From assembly GCA_964247055.1 (NCBI GenBank), contig OZ176050.1:13268001-13332000 (forward strand): DNA of 64,000 nucleotides. The letters are read 5' to 3'. A program made the position numbers and the translations under genes. Positions 14,990 to 28,000 of the stretch are shown here, in pieces. The DNA is from Paragordius varius. Taxonomy: Eukaryota > Animalia > Nematomorpha. A model generated the notes under the pieces. That model saw only the letters and a program-made list of their open reading frames with translations. It did no database searches and was not told the origin of the DNA. The first letter of the stretch is position 1. Every line of letters starts with the position of its first letter.

Positions 14990-15779
14990 TTATTTGGCAT
15001 ATGAAGTTGTGAAGTTTTTTGAGTTTAAATTGGCTTTATTTTAATTATAATTATATTATAACGTTTATACATGCACCCTTTATTGACTCCCATACCCCCG
15101 TTTAATTATTTAATAATATTTTTTTTGAAATTGAGTTATATCTGTTTTGGTTGGATTTTAGAATAATTAATAAATTATATTGCTAACATATTTGAACCGG
15201 CTCGTGTTGTAAGTGATTATTTTATTTGGAAGCAAAATTTATAAAAAAACAAAAGTTTTAATAAAATAAATTTTATCATTTTACTTAATGACAAATAATT
15301 ATTAACATATCAAAAAATAATATACAATCAATGGTATCCATAACATAAAATATTATAGGACCGTTTAAAAGTCAGAGCTATTTATCAAAATATTCTATTA
15401 AAGTTTGTGTTTCAGAAAAAGACATTAAGTAATTAAATTTATATACCTCTAATGGTGACTAAATAACTATTATGTTTTAAAATGATGTTCTGATATTAAT
15501 TAGTCGCATTAACCTTTTACAATATGGTTGGATACTTTAAAGAAAACAACCCATCGATTGTGTTGAGGGCAGTTTTAGCACTATATCAATATTCAAGCCC
15601 CCATAATCCATTTATGTCCTTAAAAGCAAAAAAGCCGACGTTGCGAGATAAAATGTTTCTGATAAATTTAATTACTCTTCAATATGAAAACAATTTGTAA
15701 ACAGGCGAACTAGTAAGCTACATCGCTTCTGAAGTTTTATTAAATACGTCTAACTATAAATATTATAAATGTCCAAATA

Positions 15780-16053
15780 CAGCAAGAATTGAAATTATAC
15801 CGACAAAACGTAAAATATAAAGACAATATTTTTTACTAAAAGACAACCATACTTTTTAAATCTTAATTTTTAATAACTCATTGTTCCAAACTATAAAGTA
15901 GGAAATAAATATTTAAATTGATAATTATGTATTATACGATTGTAATTAAATTATTTTAATAGGATAAACTAAGGTTTAAAGAGTATGGTTGTCTTTTAGA
16001 TATATTTGTCTTTATATTTTTACGTTTTGTTCGTATATTTTCAATTTTTACTG
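15780..16053. mobile_element. MITE family B (~275 bp, TA-flanked, CAG...CTG ends)
   Basis: ~80-bp imperfect terminal inverted repeats (cag.aa.aattgaaa.tata..gacaaaacgtaaaa.ataaagaca...aaagacaaccatac). Other copies at 23799-24077 and 53295-53564, partial at ~613-650. Confidence 0.7.
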
Positions 16054-16189
16054 TATAGAAATTCAGCAGTTGCAATTTTTGTTGATGTGTGTATTGAAAA
16101 ACAACATATCTGTAGTAACAAGTTTTTACCGGTTTTTTTGACACAAAACATGTAATTTGAAAGAAATTTATTAATTATATTAAAGATAT

Positions 16190-16975
16190 AACATACGCTT
16201 ATACACATTCGCCCATCTCTCTCGTAATACATAAATGCTGTGCAGCTGCAAATTATTCGTCAGTTATTTACGTCTTTAAAATTATTGGCGCTTGTCTGCG
16301 AGGATACGTCCCTGTGATGTGAAATGTATTAGGAAGATGGCGCCAAGTTAAGAAAGTTAACTGGATGCGAAAGAATTTCCCATTGAAGTAATAAGGTGTC
16401 TTTTATTGGTTTTGCTGTGTGAGATGGAGCATTGTCATGTAGCAAGATAACTTTCTCTGTCTTTTGGCCAATTTTGGTCGTTTTTTAACTCATGCATGGT
16501 TTAAATTTATCAATTTTTGGCGATAGCGTTATGAATTTACGGTTTAACTGGGTTTCCCAAGTTTATAATAGACAATGTAGATCTGATCCCAACGACATAG
16601 AGTACAGTTTTCTTGCTGATGGCAATGGTGTTGATGGACCGTCTTGGCAAGAGCCGGGATTTTCCGCTTTAAATTTACTAGTAAAAATTATTTATTTTTA
16701 TGACGGAAACAGGATTTATAATTCATTTTGCTTTAGATTTCACGTTACATTAAATTGTATGGGTACCAAGTTTATTGGTGTTTTTCATCGCAAATAGACA
16801 TCTTTTATAATTGATATAGCATGTTCACCATATGTTTAACCGAAGTTTTTTTGGTCAATGCGTATTTTTCAGGCACAAACTTTGAAATGATTACCGAATA
16901 AATGAGTATCAAATTAATCGTCTGCGTACTTTTCACTGACGTTTTTTATTTAATTAAACCGGTAATAACATATAA
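16190..16975 (-). mobile_element. Degenerate mariner transposon relic
   Basis: Minus-strand RPKLAKRQRKVILLHDNAPSHTAKPIKDT and a LAPS motif. Shares the 5' leader aaattaatcgtctg.gtact with the mariner copies in the tandem array. Confidence 0.8.
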
Positions 16976-17473
16976 CCAAACCTGGTAATTCAAGTCTACT
17001 ATTTTAACCTATCCATTTGATAATTTTTGCGAAACTTATTTTTTGACCTAAATAAGATTACAAATATGATTATTTTTAAGTGTTTTAAATGTTATATTTT
17101 CGTGAAAAAGCAGTTAAAAGATAGAAAAGCGAAAAAAAGGATAAATTTTAGAATAATACAACAAAAGGTTGAAATAAGCGTACCAACCCGTCCAAAATAT
17201 GGACTAATAAATAAGTATTCTTTAATATTAATTAGTTTGCTTATTTAGAATGCATATTTCTGATTTATGGCAATTTTAGGTCTTACTATGATGATAAAAT
17301 ATACGTGTGGAATATAACGGATTTAGGGAAGATTGAAACAAAGAGATCAATTTTTTTATATTATATAAAAAATTATTGGAAAATAAATATAATTTAATAA
17401 TCTAATACTAAAACTAATCTATAAAATAGATAATGTACGTAGAAATTTGTAATAAATTTTCAACATAAAAAAG

Positions 17474-20400
17474 TTATAGCAATGGGAATGAATGTATAGC
17501 TTCAATTAATAAGTCAACACTATTGATTGGAGTTTCAGGATATATCCCATGACCCAAATTGGCAATATAATTTTTCCCATTAAATTTGCTAATCATGTCA
17601 CATGCTGAATTTTGTAGTGCTTCCTAAAAAAATATGTATAAAATAAAAAAATATATGTATGAAAATATTTTTCAACGGTAAAATTTTTACAAGATATTAA
17701 AGATAAAAATTTTATCTTTAAGCTTTTTTTTTCAGTGAAAAATTTATAAAAAAAATAAATATTGTGAAAAATATTAAGTAACATTATAATATGATTTGGC
17801 ATGAATAGTATATACTTTTGTTCCAAACAATGCGCATGGATCTAAATTCCCCTGAAGAATTGTTTCGTTACCAAATATTTTTCTGTATGCACAAATATAC
17901 AATAAAATTTAAAAGACATATTTTTTATAATGACAACCATCATATCTGTAAAATCTATTTTTTTTTATCAAAATCATCGTTTTGAGTTGCAAAGTAAAGA
18001 ATTGATATATAAATTAGTAAAAACACTTCATTTTAAATTTCATAATTGTAATCAATTAAAGTACGAAAAAATAAAGATAAAAACATTGTTTTCCTTCAAC
18101 AAACTATCTATGTTTTTTAGTTTTACATATTGGTTTTGATTTTTATTGTAAATAGTAATAAATAGGGAATGTTATATAAATTCTTAAAAAAATTATATAT
18201 CCAAAACATGGATTTACAAAAGTAGATAATATATATTTTGATACCAAAAAAACGTAAACATAGTTGGCTACCTAGCTTCTATGGGGTCTACAGTCCAATC
18301 TAAACTAATAGCATCGAAACCTAGATTCCCAAGTTGAGCCATTGAATGGGAAACACCTTTGGCAAAAAGGATCTATAACGTTTAAAATAACGAAAAAAAA
18401 ATTGTTTTCAACAAAAAGCTGAATTACAATCCATTAATATAAACAATTTATTAAATTTGTTAAAATTATTAAAGTTAATTTGATTTAAACAAATTACCTG
18501 ACAAAAATCAAAGGTAAATTACAGTAAACACTAAAAGACAAATATATTTTTATTTAAAAATTGTTTTATATTTTATTCTGATCTGATTTTACAACTTTAT
18601 GCCTTATTCTGCAACCAAAACGATATATATTAGGAAAAAACATGGTTGTTTTTATAAAAAATTTAATTTTAACGTTTTTAAAACGTATTAAATATGGTAA
18701 AGATCAAATATTTATATCATAATAATAGGAAAACTTTCAATTTTAGTTAATGGACAAAAACTAAACCGGATTATAAAACTATTTTTACAAATAACATAAA
18801 AGGATACCAATGGTGGACAATTATCTGGTCCCAAAGTCCTTTTAATATGTTCAGCGATGAGTTTAAGGTATGGTGTACAAAATCTTTGGAAGAGATGTTT
18901 GTTCAAGCAATCGCCATGAGATTCAAATATTTGCAAAATCTAGCCGATAAAAATTTTGATAATGAATGTAAATGATAGGCAATTTTTATCATTTTACAAC
19001 CTAAGGCAACATTTTTCAATTGTATTTGCTTGAAAAAATGTTGCGTTTGCTTGATAAAGTGTTGATTTTTAAAGAATAAGTATTTTATAAAATAATTTTT
19101 ATGGGAACATATAAGTTTACCTGTGCACCAGCCTGCGCTTGTTTAATCAAATGTTGTGCAATGCAAACAGAAAGGTTTCGAAGTAAAAATTCACTTTCCT
19201 CGGGATATTTGTATAACCCGGTTCGAGCCCGTATTTTTTGAGCAGAACCGGACCCACCTTCAATAGCGTATGTCATTAGAGTCCACTGGAAAAGAAATGA
19301 TATATTGGTAAGGACATAAAAGAATTAAAAGTATGTAAAATAGCTTTAAATTATATTAAATTATTTGAAACATATATGCCACATTTTTATGACAATAAGC
19401 GTTTTTAGATCAAAAATTGTATTTATATCCTTAGACCTTTTTTACCGTTTGGAGTAGTTTTCCAAGGGTTATTTTAAATTCGAAAATAGTAATAATGATA
19501 TTGGGCTAAATTAAAAATAGATATGCATTCTATCATTTTCGGCGCATTATATATTTTTCTTGAATGTAATATAAAAAAATCATCATCTTATAGCCGTAAA
19601 AATTTTATTTTTAATATATTTTAAGCAATCAGTTTATATTTGGACATTTTTATCATGTGTTGCAAGCAGATTTAAGTGATAACAAAATTAAAAAAAAGGT
19701 AAAACGTGATACATATATATATATTCCCTTATTACAAGAATATTTTTATTCAACATACCTTTTATTACAAATTATAAGCTCATATTTTTCAATAAAAATA
19801 TTTAATACAGTGTGTTTTGAACGCGAATAATAAGCTATCTATGTTTTTGAAAAAACCTTATATCGCTATGAACAATATTTAATTATTGTTCAAAATATTT
19901 GATTAACATTTAATTTAAATAATTTTATACCGGCGCTCCAGCGAATCCAATCAGAGGAACTTTTCCCTCTAATTTATGACGCGTTAATGTTATTCCTTCG
20001 TATACTGGAGTCAAAACTTTTTGCGACAAATTTATTAGATCACCACTAGAGTGCCCATTCACAGTAGAATCAGACGAATTATACCAATTTAATCGGTTTA
20101 AATCTTCTGGCTTTTGCAAATAATTTACAATAACTGGACCCTTAAATTGTAAAAACAAAAAAAAACTTTGCTTTCTTCCATTTTAACTTCTAAACCAATA
20201 CTTTGTAAAATAACAAGAATGTCAGAAAAAATAATAGCAGCATCGAGTTTATACCGATTTATTGGCTGTTAGTTAAATAAATTTTACCATTAATGTGACT
20301 TCAGCAATTAATTCCGGATTTTGACAAATGTCAAAAAAACTATGTCGAGCACGTATTTCTTTAAATTCTTACCCTATTAAATTATGATTACCTGGTAAAT

Positions 20401-20518
20401 ATCTACCAGCTTGTCTCATAATCCATATTGGAATTCTATTAACTTTTTCTCTCCTGAAAACTTTTAAAATCAAATCATTTTTCAAAATTGGAAAATTATT
20501 TATGCTTTCACCATTCAT
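17474..20518 (-). CDS. UROD: Uroporphyrinogen decarboxylase (376 aa), 9 exons
   Basis: Exons 20518-20392, 20367-20288, 20265-20167, 20140-19931, 19285-19121, 18939-18808, 18372-18272, 17882-17816, 17623-17474 join in frame (1131 nt). Motifs [82 protein letters not shown]. Confidence 0.97.
20141..20166 (-). other. 26-nt GT-AG micro-intron (UROD intron 3)
   Basis: gtttttttttgtttttacaatttaag between MEESK and GPVIV; removal is required to keep the frame. Confidence 0.9.
20266..20287 (-). other. 22-nt GT-AG micro-intron (UROD intron 2)
   Basis: gtaaaatttatttaactaacag between EVTLM and PINRY; branch-like CTAAC abuts the AG. Confidence 0.93.
20368..20391 (-). other. 24-nt GT-AG micro-intron (UROD intron 1)
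   Basis: gtaatcataatttaatagggtaag splits RYLP|E; read-through gives an in-frame TAA. Confidence 0.92.
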
Positions 20519-22153
20519 AGCGTGCGAAAGATGAGTTGATGAATGAATATAATTTAGGGTTGTAAAAACAGAAATGTTTGTATTTTTTCATTTTTTTGAC
20601 GATGGCATCTTGTGGTAGAACCGATGTGTACTTGTCTAATGCCTTGAAATTGCTTTGAATTAACAGACATTTTACCCCTCTCTCTAGGATAAAAATCTTA
20701 TATTTTTTCAGTTTCCAGATGATAACCTTTTTACAATACATTTTAAGATTATTTTTAAAAATGAGACTAAAACACCTGAAAATTATAAAATTTAACAAAT
20801 ATTTTACATTCTAAATTAAAATAATCTGGAAATAAAGGAGTTAATTCCATGATGAACTTGTTGCTTGTATGTTATTAAACAAGCTTTTTAGTTGCAACTA
20901 AAATATATATAAAACAATAACATATTTCATTATGTTTCATAACAAATATCATATGCCTTTTCCGATAATGCACTTTTCATTAAACGCAACACTTTTTCAC
21001 CAAATTTAACATTTTTTTCAACCAAAATCTAGACTTTGCCAATTAAACTTAAAACTTTTTCTTCAAACTCAACGTTTTTTTCAATTGATAATTTAAAAAT
21101 GATTAAATGCATTTTAAACGAATAAGCATATTTTATGTATTAGTTATTTAGTATAATAATATCAGTTGGAATAAAAATAGGTGAGTAAAAAATGAATGGC
21201 AATTGGTTAACCCAATACATTTTATTAATAAATACATAAATCTAATAAAATTTATTAATCAACATTACAAGATTTTTTCAAAGTTTATATAACTGCGGAA
21301 AGTGATTTTGCGTAACCCATTCAGATTTTACACAACATGATAAATACCATAAAAAGGCAGTGTAAAGTAGATTGTCAAACGACTCTAATTCCATTGGTAA
21401 TCATCAAATTCTTTTGTAGGGCCGAAAAAATATTTTTCTTTGTCCCAAGGGCCTTGTACTATATTATACCGATAAATATTTTAAAACATTTTGACAGATT
21501 TGCAGATTCCCACACTCAAGTTATACCTGAAAAATTAAATTTAAGGTCACATGAGGCCCGTGGACCGCAGTTTAAAGAACATTGTAATAATTGTAATTGT
21601 CGAACGTCATTGATATAAATAAATTACGATTTTAATAAAATAGATTTTCATAAAAATCTTATCAAATTTTTCAATTATAATATTTTTGAAGTATATAATT
21701 GGTCAGGATTGATTTGTTAAACTTTTCACTTAAAAATAAATTTAATTACCCACAAATTTTATAAATTTTAACGGGAAAATATTGCCTTAAAATCGGTAAT
21801 ATTGCGAGATTATTATCATATTTGGGAATGTGGAAAAATTAATTTTCAATTTTCGTTTTCTAGGTGGAAATTAAAATGGTTATTATAATAATTTATTAAT
21901 GACATAATATTGCTTTTCAAATAATTAAATTGTGAAGCCTTTTTGTAAAGGCGGCTATTAGTAATGCAATACAAAATAATGTAGTGTATAATAAATATAA
22001 AAAATACAAAATTAGTCAATTTAAATGCAATCATAATCATTCATAAATATCCAATTAACGTAATTATATAAATATATTCCGCCAGAAAATTCAATTATAT
22101 AGCAAAATTATAGTTTTGCGTCAAACACAAATTTCGCTTTGCACATAATTAAC

Positions 22154-24316
22154 TCAAGAGTTTTTAGTCTTTTTCATATTACTGATAGATTGTAAATATG
22201 AATTTAACAAATTAATATCATTAGTATTATTATTAGAAATGTTATGATCGATGCTAGACGAAGCCAGATTGGAAATTGTAGAATCGTTAAAGGATTGAGT
22301 TTTATTCCCATTAGATAAAGGCACTGTTGAAGCCTTACTCATAGTTGTAATGTATAAATTTTCGGATTTTTCAAGCGCCATAATTTCACTGGGATTCATA
22401 GAGCGTATTCCTTTTATGGAAAGTAATGAAATTTTTTTGAAAATTAATCTATATTATAAAATCTAAACTTTGTATACAAAAAACTTGTAAATATATAAAT
22501 TAGAGTATTTCAATTTTAAAGTTGCTCTTATTTTTGGCATAAGGCATCTTTACCATATTTCACACTATGCATATATAAACCATATCGCATTAATTTTATA
22601 AAAAATACCTAAGAGTCTAAAAATATGGTGTACTTTATAAAAAAACTTGAATTTTTATGCTAATATATTTTAAATTCAAACATATTTTCTTTCAATAACC
22701 CTAGAAACCTGTATATAAATTAATAAAACTACTAAACACCTTTCAAATCAAATCGATTATTATATTTATAAAATAAAACTAATCATACCTTTAGCTGAAA
22801 GTATCATATAATGTCGAGCTCGGAGATGGCGTTTATACGTATTTCGGGTTTTAAAAGCGTGACCACATTGAATACAAGTGTAAGGTGTTTCACCTATTTA
22901 TTTTTTAGGAAAGAGATTAACATACAATAATAATAAAATAATATATGTATTAAGCTGAAACACTGTTAAGAAGAATATAAATGCAATATCAGCAAATTTA
23001 TTAATGAATTTATTAGTGAATTTCCATTTCTATCTTTATTTCATTTTTTGTGTTGATCCGAAGAAGTTAGAGGAATCTAACGAAAATTCATTAATACATT
23101 ATTATTAATTTTGCTAATATTGTATACCATTTACAATTCGAATTCAACCCTGAACAATTTAAATTCACCCTCAAATAATATATATGTTTTTTAAGATTAC
23201 AAATTACCTATATTTTACTATTAATTTTAAAAAATAAAATTTTGTTTAAATTAAAATAATACTGAAAAAATGATAAACTATGCCATAAGGATATATACAA
23301 ATAATGAGTTATATTAGTTTATAATTTGTTTTTAGGGTGAATTTGAATTGTTCAAGGGTAAATTCGAACTGTAAATGGTATATAATACTATTCTAAAAAT
23401 AATATATGTATTAGTTAAAACACCATCTAAACCAGAGTATGTCCAACATAAATGGCTTTGCGGGCCGCATTTTCTAATGAAAAAAACCGGGCAATCAGCT
23501 TTAGCAAAATATATGGGTATAAACAACAAATATTTAATTAGGTTTATAACACACCATAAGACTTTAAAAACTACTAATTATTTTAACTTTATTTGCTGGT
23601 TCATTGCCGAAATTCGGGTAGATTCATTCAAAAAGTTTGTGTAGAAAAATAAAATTTATTAAATTTCGTAAAATTTTGAATGTAAAAAATCTCACGAGCC
23701 ACAGTAATCTTTTAAAGGGCCGAACCGGTTTTTTTACAATTAAATAATAAGCATAAAAACATGATGGATGTTATACATGGATGATTAAAATATATTTACA
23801 ACAAAAACTGAAATTATACTATAGACAAAACGTAAAAATATAAAGATATTTAGACAATCATAGTTTTTAAATCTTGATTTTTTACATATAACTTATTGCT
23901 TTAATGTTTGAAGTATAAAATAGACATGTATTTTAATAACTAAATCAATTACATATTTTTAAAATGGTAATTAAATATTTTATATAACAAAAATTAAGGT
24001 TAAAAAAAGTATGGTTGTCTTAAAAATATTTCTCTTAATATTTTTACATTTTGTCCGTATAATTTCGATTTTTACTGTATGTATTAACAGTACGGATGCA
24101 AACCGTTTACTAAATTGCCCCTTTATACATTGTTTTGTGTTAAATTAACATTTGTGTATATATTAAAATCAGATTCTTTATTTTTCTGCTATAAATAAAC
24201 CGCACATGTCTTCAACATTTTTAATATGAATGCTGATGAAATTGGATTATTAGATAAAATAATTTTTTTTATTAATATTCATTCATCAACATCATTAATA
24301 ATTTAAATAAATAAAG

Positions 24317-24347
<31 letters not shown>

Positions 24348-24989
24348 TAATGTATAAAAATACACGTTTTTTAGTGCCAATATAATTTTAAAACATTTTT
24401 TTCGGATATTTTTGCACAATAAATAGGTTTCGTTACCTTTTTATGCAGAAACTAAAAATAGTTGAGAAAATTTGTGACACTGAAAATTTGAACAAACAAT
24501 TTTAGGTATAATTTCCCTCAAAATAAATGTAAATTATAATTTTCCTTTGGTAGCAAATAACATGTCTTTTCTACATAACTCTAATAATAATTATAAATTT
24601 ATTCAATTTAAGCTGAATTATAATTGCAATAATAATATAATCTATTAAAAAAAATGAAAAGTATAAAGCTTACCAGTATGTTTTCTCAAATGCTCCTTGA
24701 AATGTGACCTGTGCCGAAATCCACGCTGACACGTAGGACAAGTAAAGGGAAGTACTTTAGCATGGCATAATGCATGATATTCCAAACTGTGTCGTCGGGT
24801 AAATCGATTGCCACATTCATTACACGCGTACGGTTTAATGCCTATAAATAAATGATAAATTATTGTAAAAGCAAAGGAAAATAATATAAAATGGATAAAT
24901 TAATAGAAATACAATAAAATGATGCAGAGTTTATTTTTACAATGCGGGCTTTAAATAATAAAAATGAGATACAAAAAGGCTTTTAAAGG

Positions 24990-25042
<53 letters not shown>

Positions 25043-28000
25043 CTGGTGAGGAATTCGCGAGATAATTTTATTTTAAACAAAACACCTAAATTAATCATAA
25101 TGGGAAAAGGGAAAAATTAATATATCTATCTACCCTTATACTGTTCTTATAAATAAATGATATGCAACATATAAATGTAGAAACGTGAATGTCACCGGTT
25201 ATAAAAATATTTGCCAAAAACCTTTCTTTTATCATAAATTTATCGAGCAATTATTAGTAATATCAAAATATATATATTCTAAAATTATATCAAATTTTAA
25301 ATTTTGAAAACTATATGAAACATTTTAACAGATTAACTTTATTAGGTGTTAATAATGATTGGTTATGATCATCAATAATTCCATTTCTTAGCGGTCAGAC
25401 CGTCCTGGTGTAAATTTTAAGTTAAATCAAAAAATCAATAAAATTGGGATCCGCACAAAAAAATGTTAACTATGGGCCTGCTGAATAAAAGCTAGTATAT
25501 ACTAAAAACTAGGTTTTTTCCAGTATATACTAGCTATGTATTGAATAAAAAAATATATTGCTTTTACTATCCAGTACGTACTATGTTTACCAGTATTTAC
25601 TGACAAATATCATTGAATAAAAATTGTCTTTTTACAAATTTTACCTAGTACTTACTGGTTTTTTTTAAGCTGGTAAATGGCAACATTTTAAACTATTATT
25701 TCACTTGAAATAATATCGGTTATATTTTTATAAAATTTCTAAGATAAATGTTTTTTTTAAATTATATGATTCATATATATATATATATATATATAAAACA
25801 TATTAATATATTAATTAAATATTATTTGTTTTATTATTAATAATAATTTTTTTCCTTCTCTATTTTAAGCTTTGTGAGTTAAATTTGCAGAGATTATTAC
25901 TTTTGTTAAAAATTTTTTTTCAAGAATGTCCACAATCATTTTCTTCGATTATTTCATCTTTGTTAAAAATATTTTAGTTATATACTTTATAATGACCTTA
26001 ATTTTATTTTATAAACATTTAAATTTTATATATTTGAGTGAATATTTTTGAATGAAGCTATTTTCTATATAAAAAACCACCGATTTATTCAAATTCGAGT
26101 TATGACTAAAATAAAATGACCTTTTCATATTTTGGTTAAAAATTAAGTATATCTTTAAGGAAACTAACTCCCAGGATGCAAATGGAGGTATTTATAATAT
26201 CATAAATATAGATTTTGTGTTAAGATTTCTTGGATATCCGGGATATCAAGCGGGTATAGGACATGATTTTAATATTCACAGTTCCACAATATGCAAAACT
26301 ATACCTAAAGTTATGGACGAAATAGTATCAAAATCTCATTGGGTAAAAATTCCCAAGTCATTTAAAGAGCTTAATATGGCGAATAAATTATGGCTTTCCA
26401 AATATAAAATGTCAACTGCTATTGGTTGCATTGATTGTTCACACTTTGAAATATTAAGACCTAAAAATGTTGAGGCCTATATAAATCGAAAGGGTCGATG
26501 CACCCTCAATGTACAATTCACATGTAATGCCAATGAAGAAATCTGTGGATGCACAATGGCCAGGATCTGTGCATGATTCAAGGATATGGCGAAACACGAT
26601 TGTTCAGTCATATATGTGCAAACAAAATGATTTTTGTTCGTTAGGTGATAATGGATATCCACTATCACCCTGGCTCCTAACCCCCTTCAAAAATATGATG
26701 ATCGATAACGAGAAAAAATTCAATAAATTACATTGTTCTGAAAAAAGCATTATCGAGCGCGGGTTTTCGGTCAGATGAAGACCCGATTTCCTATACTTGG
26801 AAACGAAATTCGTTTAAGTCTAGAATCCCAAAACTTATATTAACATGTTCCATATTTACATTATGTATCCAAATATATTAACGAACCTATAACAGATTTT
26901 GAAAGTAAATATTTTGATATTGAATATGTGGAGGATTGTGAAGCAAATATTGATCTAACCCAAATACTCAAGGCTGACAAAATGAAACGAGATTCAATTG
27001 TTCAAACATTATTTTGATTTATTTTTTGTGTATTTATGAATAAATGTGTATTAATAAATGCATTATTTAAAAATATGGGTAGATATTCGATATTTATTTT
27101 CCAAAAGTTAGACTTTCTAATTTTCTTTATGAATTTTTCAAACGCATTTTATGAATGAAATCAAAAACTAACAAAAAACAAAATGAAAATAAACATTTTA
27201 CACATACTAAAGACTTAAGTACGTACATGACAGTAAGTACCTATTTTTATTCAATGTTTTTTCAAAAACTGGTACATAGTATCAAGCACCTACTACCCAG
27301 TAGGTGCTTGTTTTTATTCAGCAGGCCCTATATTCTTAAGAGAAATTTTTTTTAAATATTATTATGCTATGTATGTTTATGCTAAATGTACAAAACTCAT
27401 TTTTTTTACATCAAAAAAGGTGATTTTTCAGAAAAAAAGCTAAAAAACGTTTAAAAAAACACACATGCAACATAAACTTTTTAACCCGAAAACACATAAT
27501 TTATTTATAGGACGAATTTGCATTGTTCGAGGGTGAATTCTAATTGTAAATGGTATATTAACACTAACCTGCATGACTCCGATAATGTGAAAGTAAGCTA
27601 GCAGATGCAGTATATGCCTTATGTGGACAAAGGGCACATGTCCAATATCGCTTGGTGGTTGAATTAAACGTGGTGGATGATTTGGTTTTAGTCATCGGAA
27701 TTTCTAAAGCGTCGTTTTTACTCATATTTTGTTGTTCAATTTTAAAATTATCTTCATTTAAAACACCAGTATTCACGTTTTCTAAAGAACTAATGTTTGC
27801 GTTTTCTGATGAGTTTTCTTTAGTTTTTGTATGGAGTTGTTTTCCTTTCGGCAAAAGCCTTGCGTGTAAATTACGTTTTCCAATCATGATTTGTGAGGCT
27901 TCTTGACTATTCTGGTCAATTATTCCTATATTTTTGGGGGCATTTTTAACACTAATATTATCAAAGCCATTGTCAGGGGCTATGTTTAAAATGGTTTCAG

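Noticed and set aside
17474-20518. Bacterial hemE acquired by horizontal transfer
   Set aside because: Eight spliceosomal introns and an animal-like N-terminus ([10 protein letters not shown]) argue for vertical inheritance.
21415-21595. GGGCC/GCGGTCCACGGGCC-containing stretch resembling a hAT MITE (similar at ~4283-4445)
   Set aside because: Only one plausible terminus and no TSD; not supportable as a defined element.
25700-26200. Possible Myb/SANT partner gene of the Harbinger element
   Set aside because: No recognisable tryptophan-spaced motif in any frame I read; too decayed to call.
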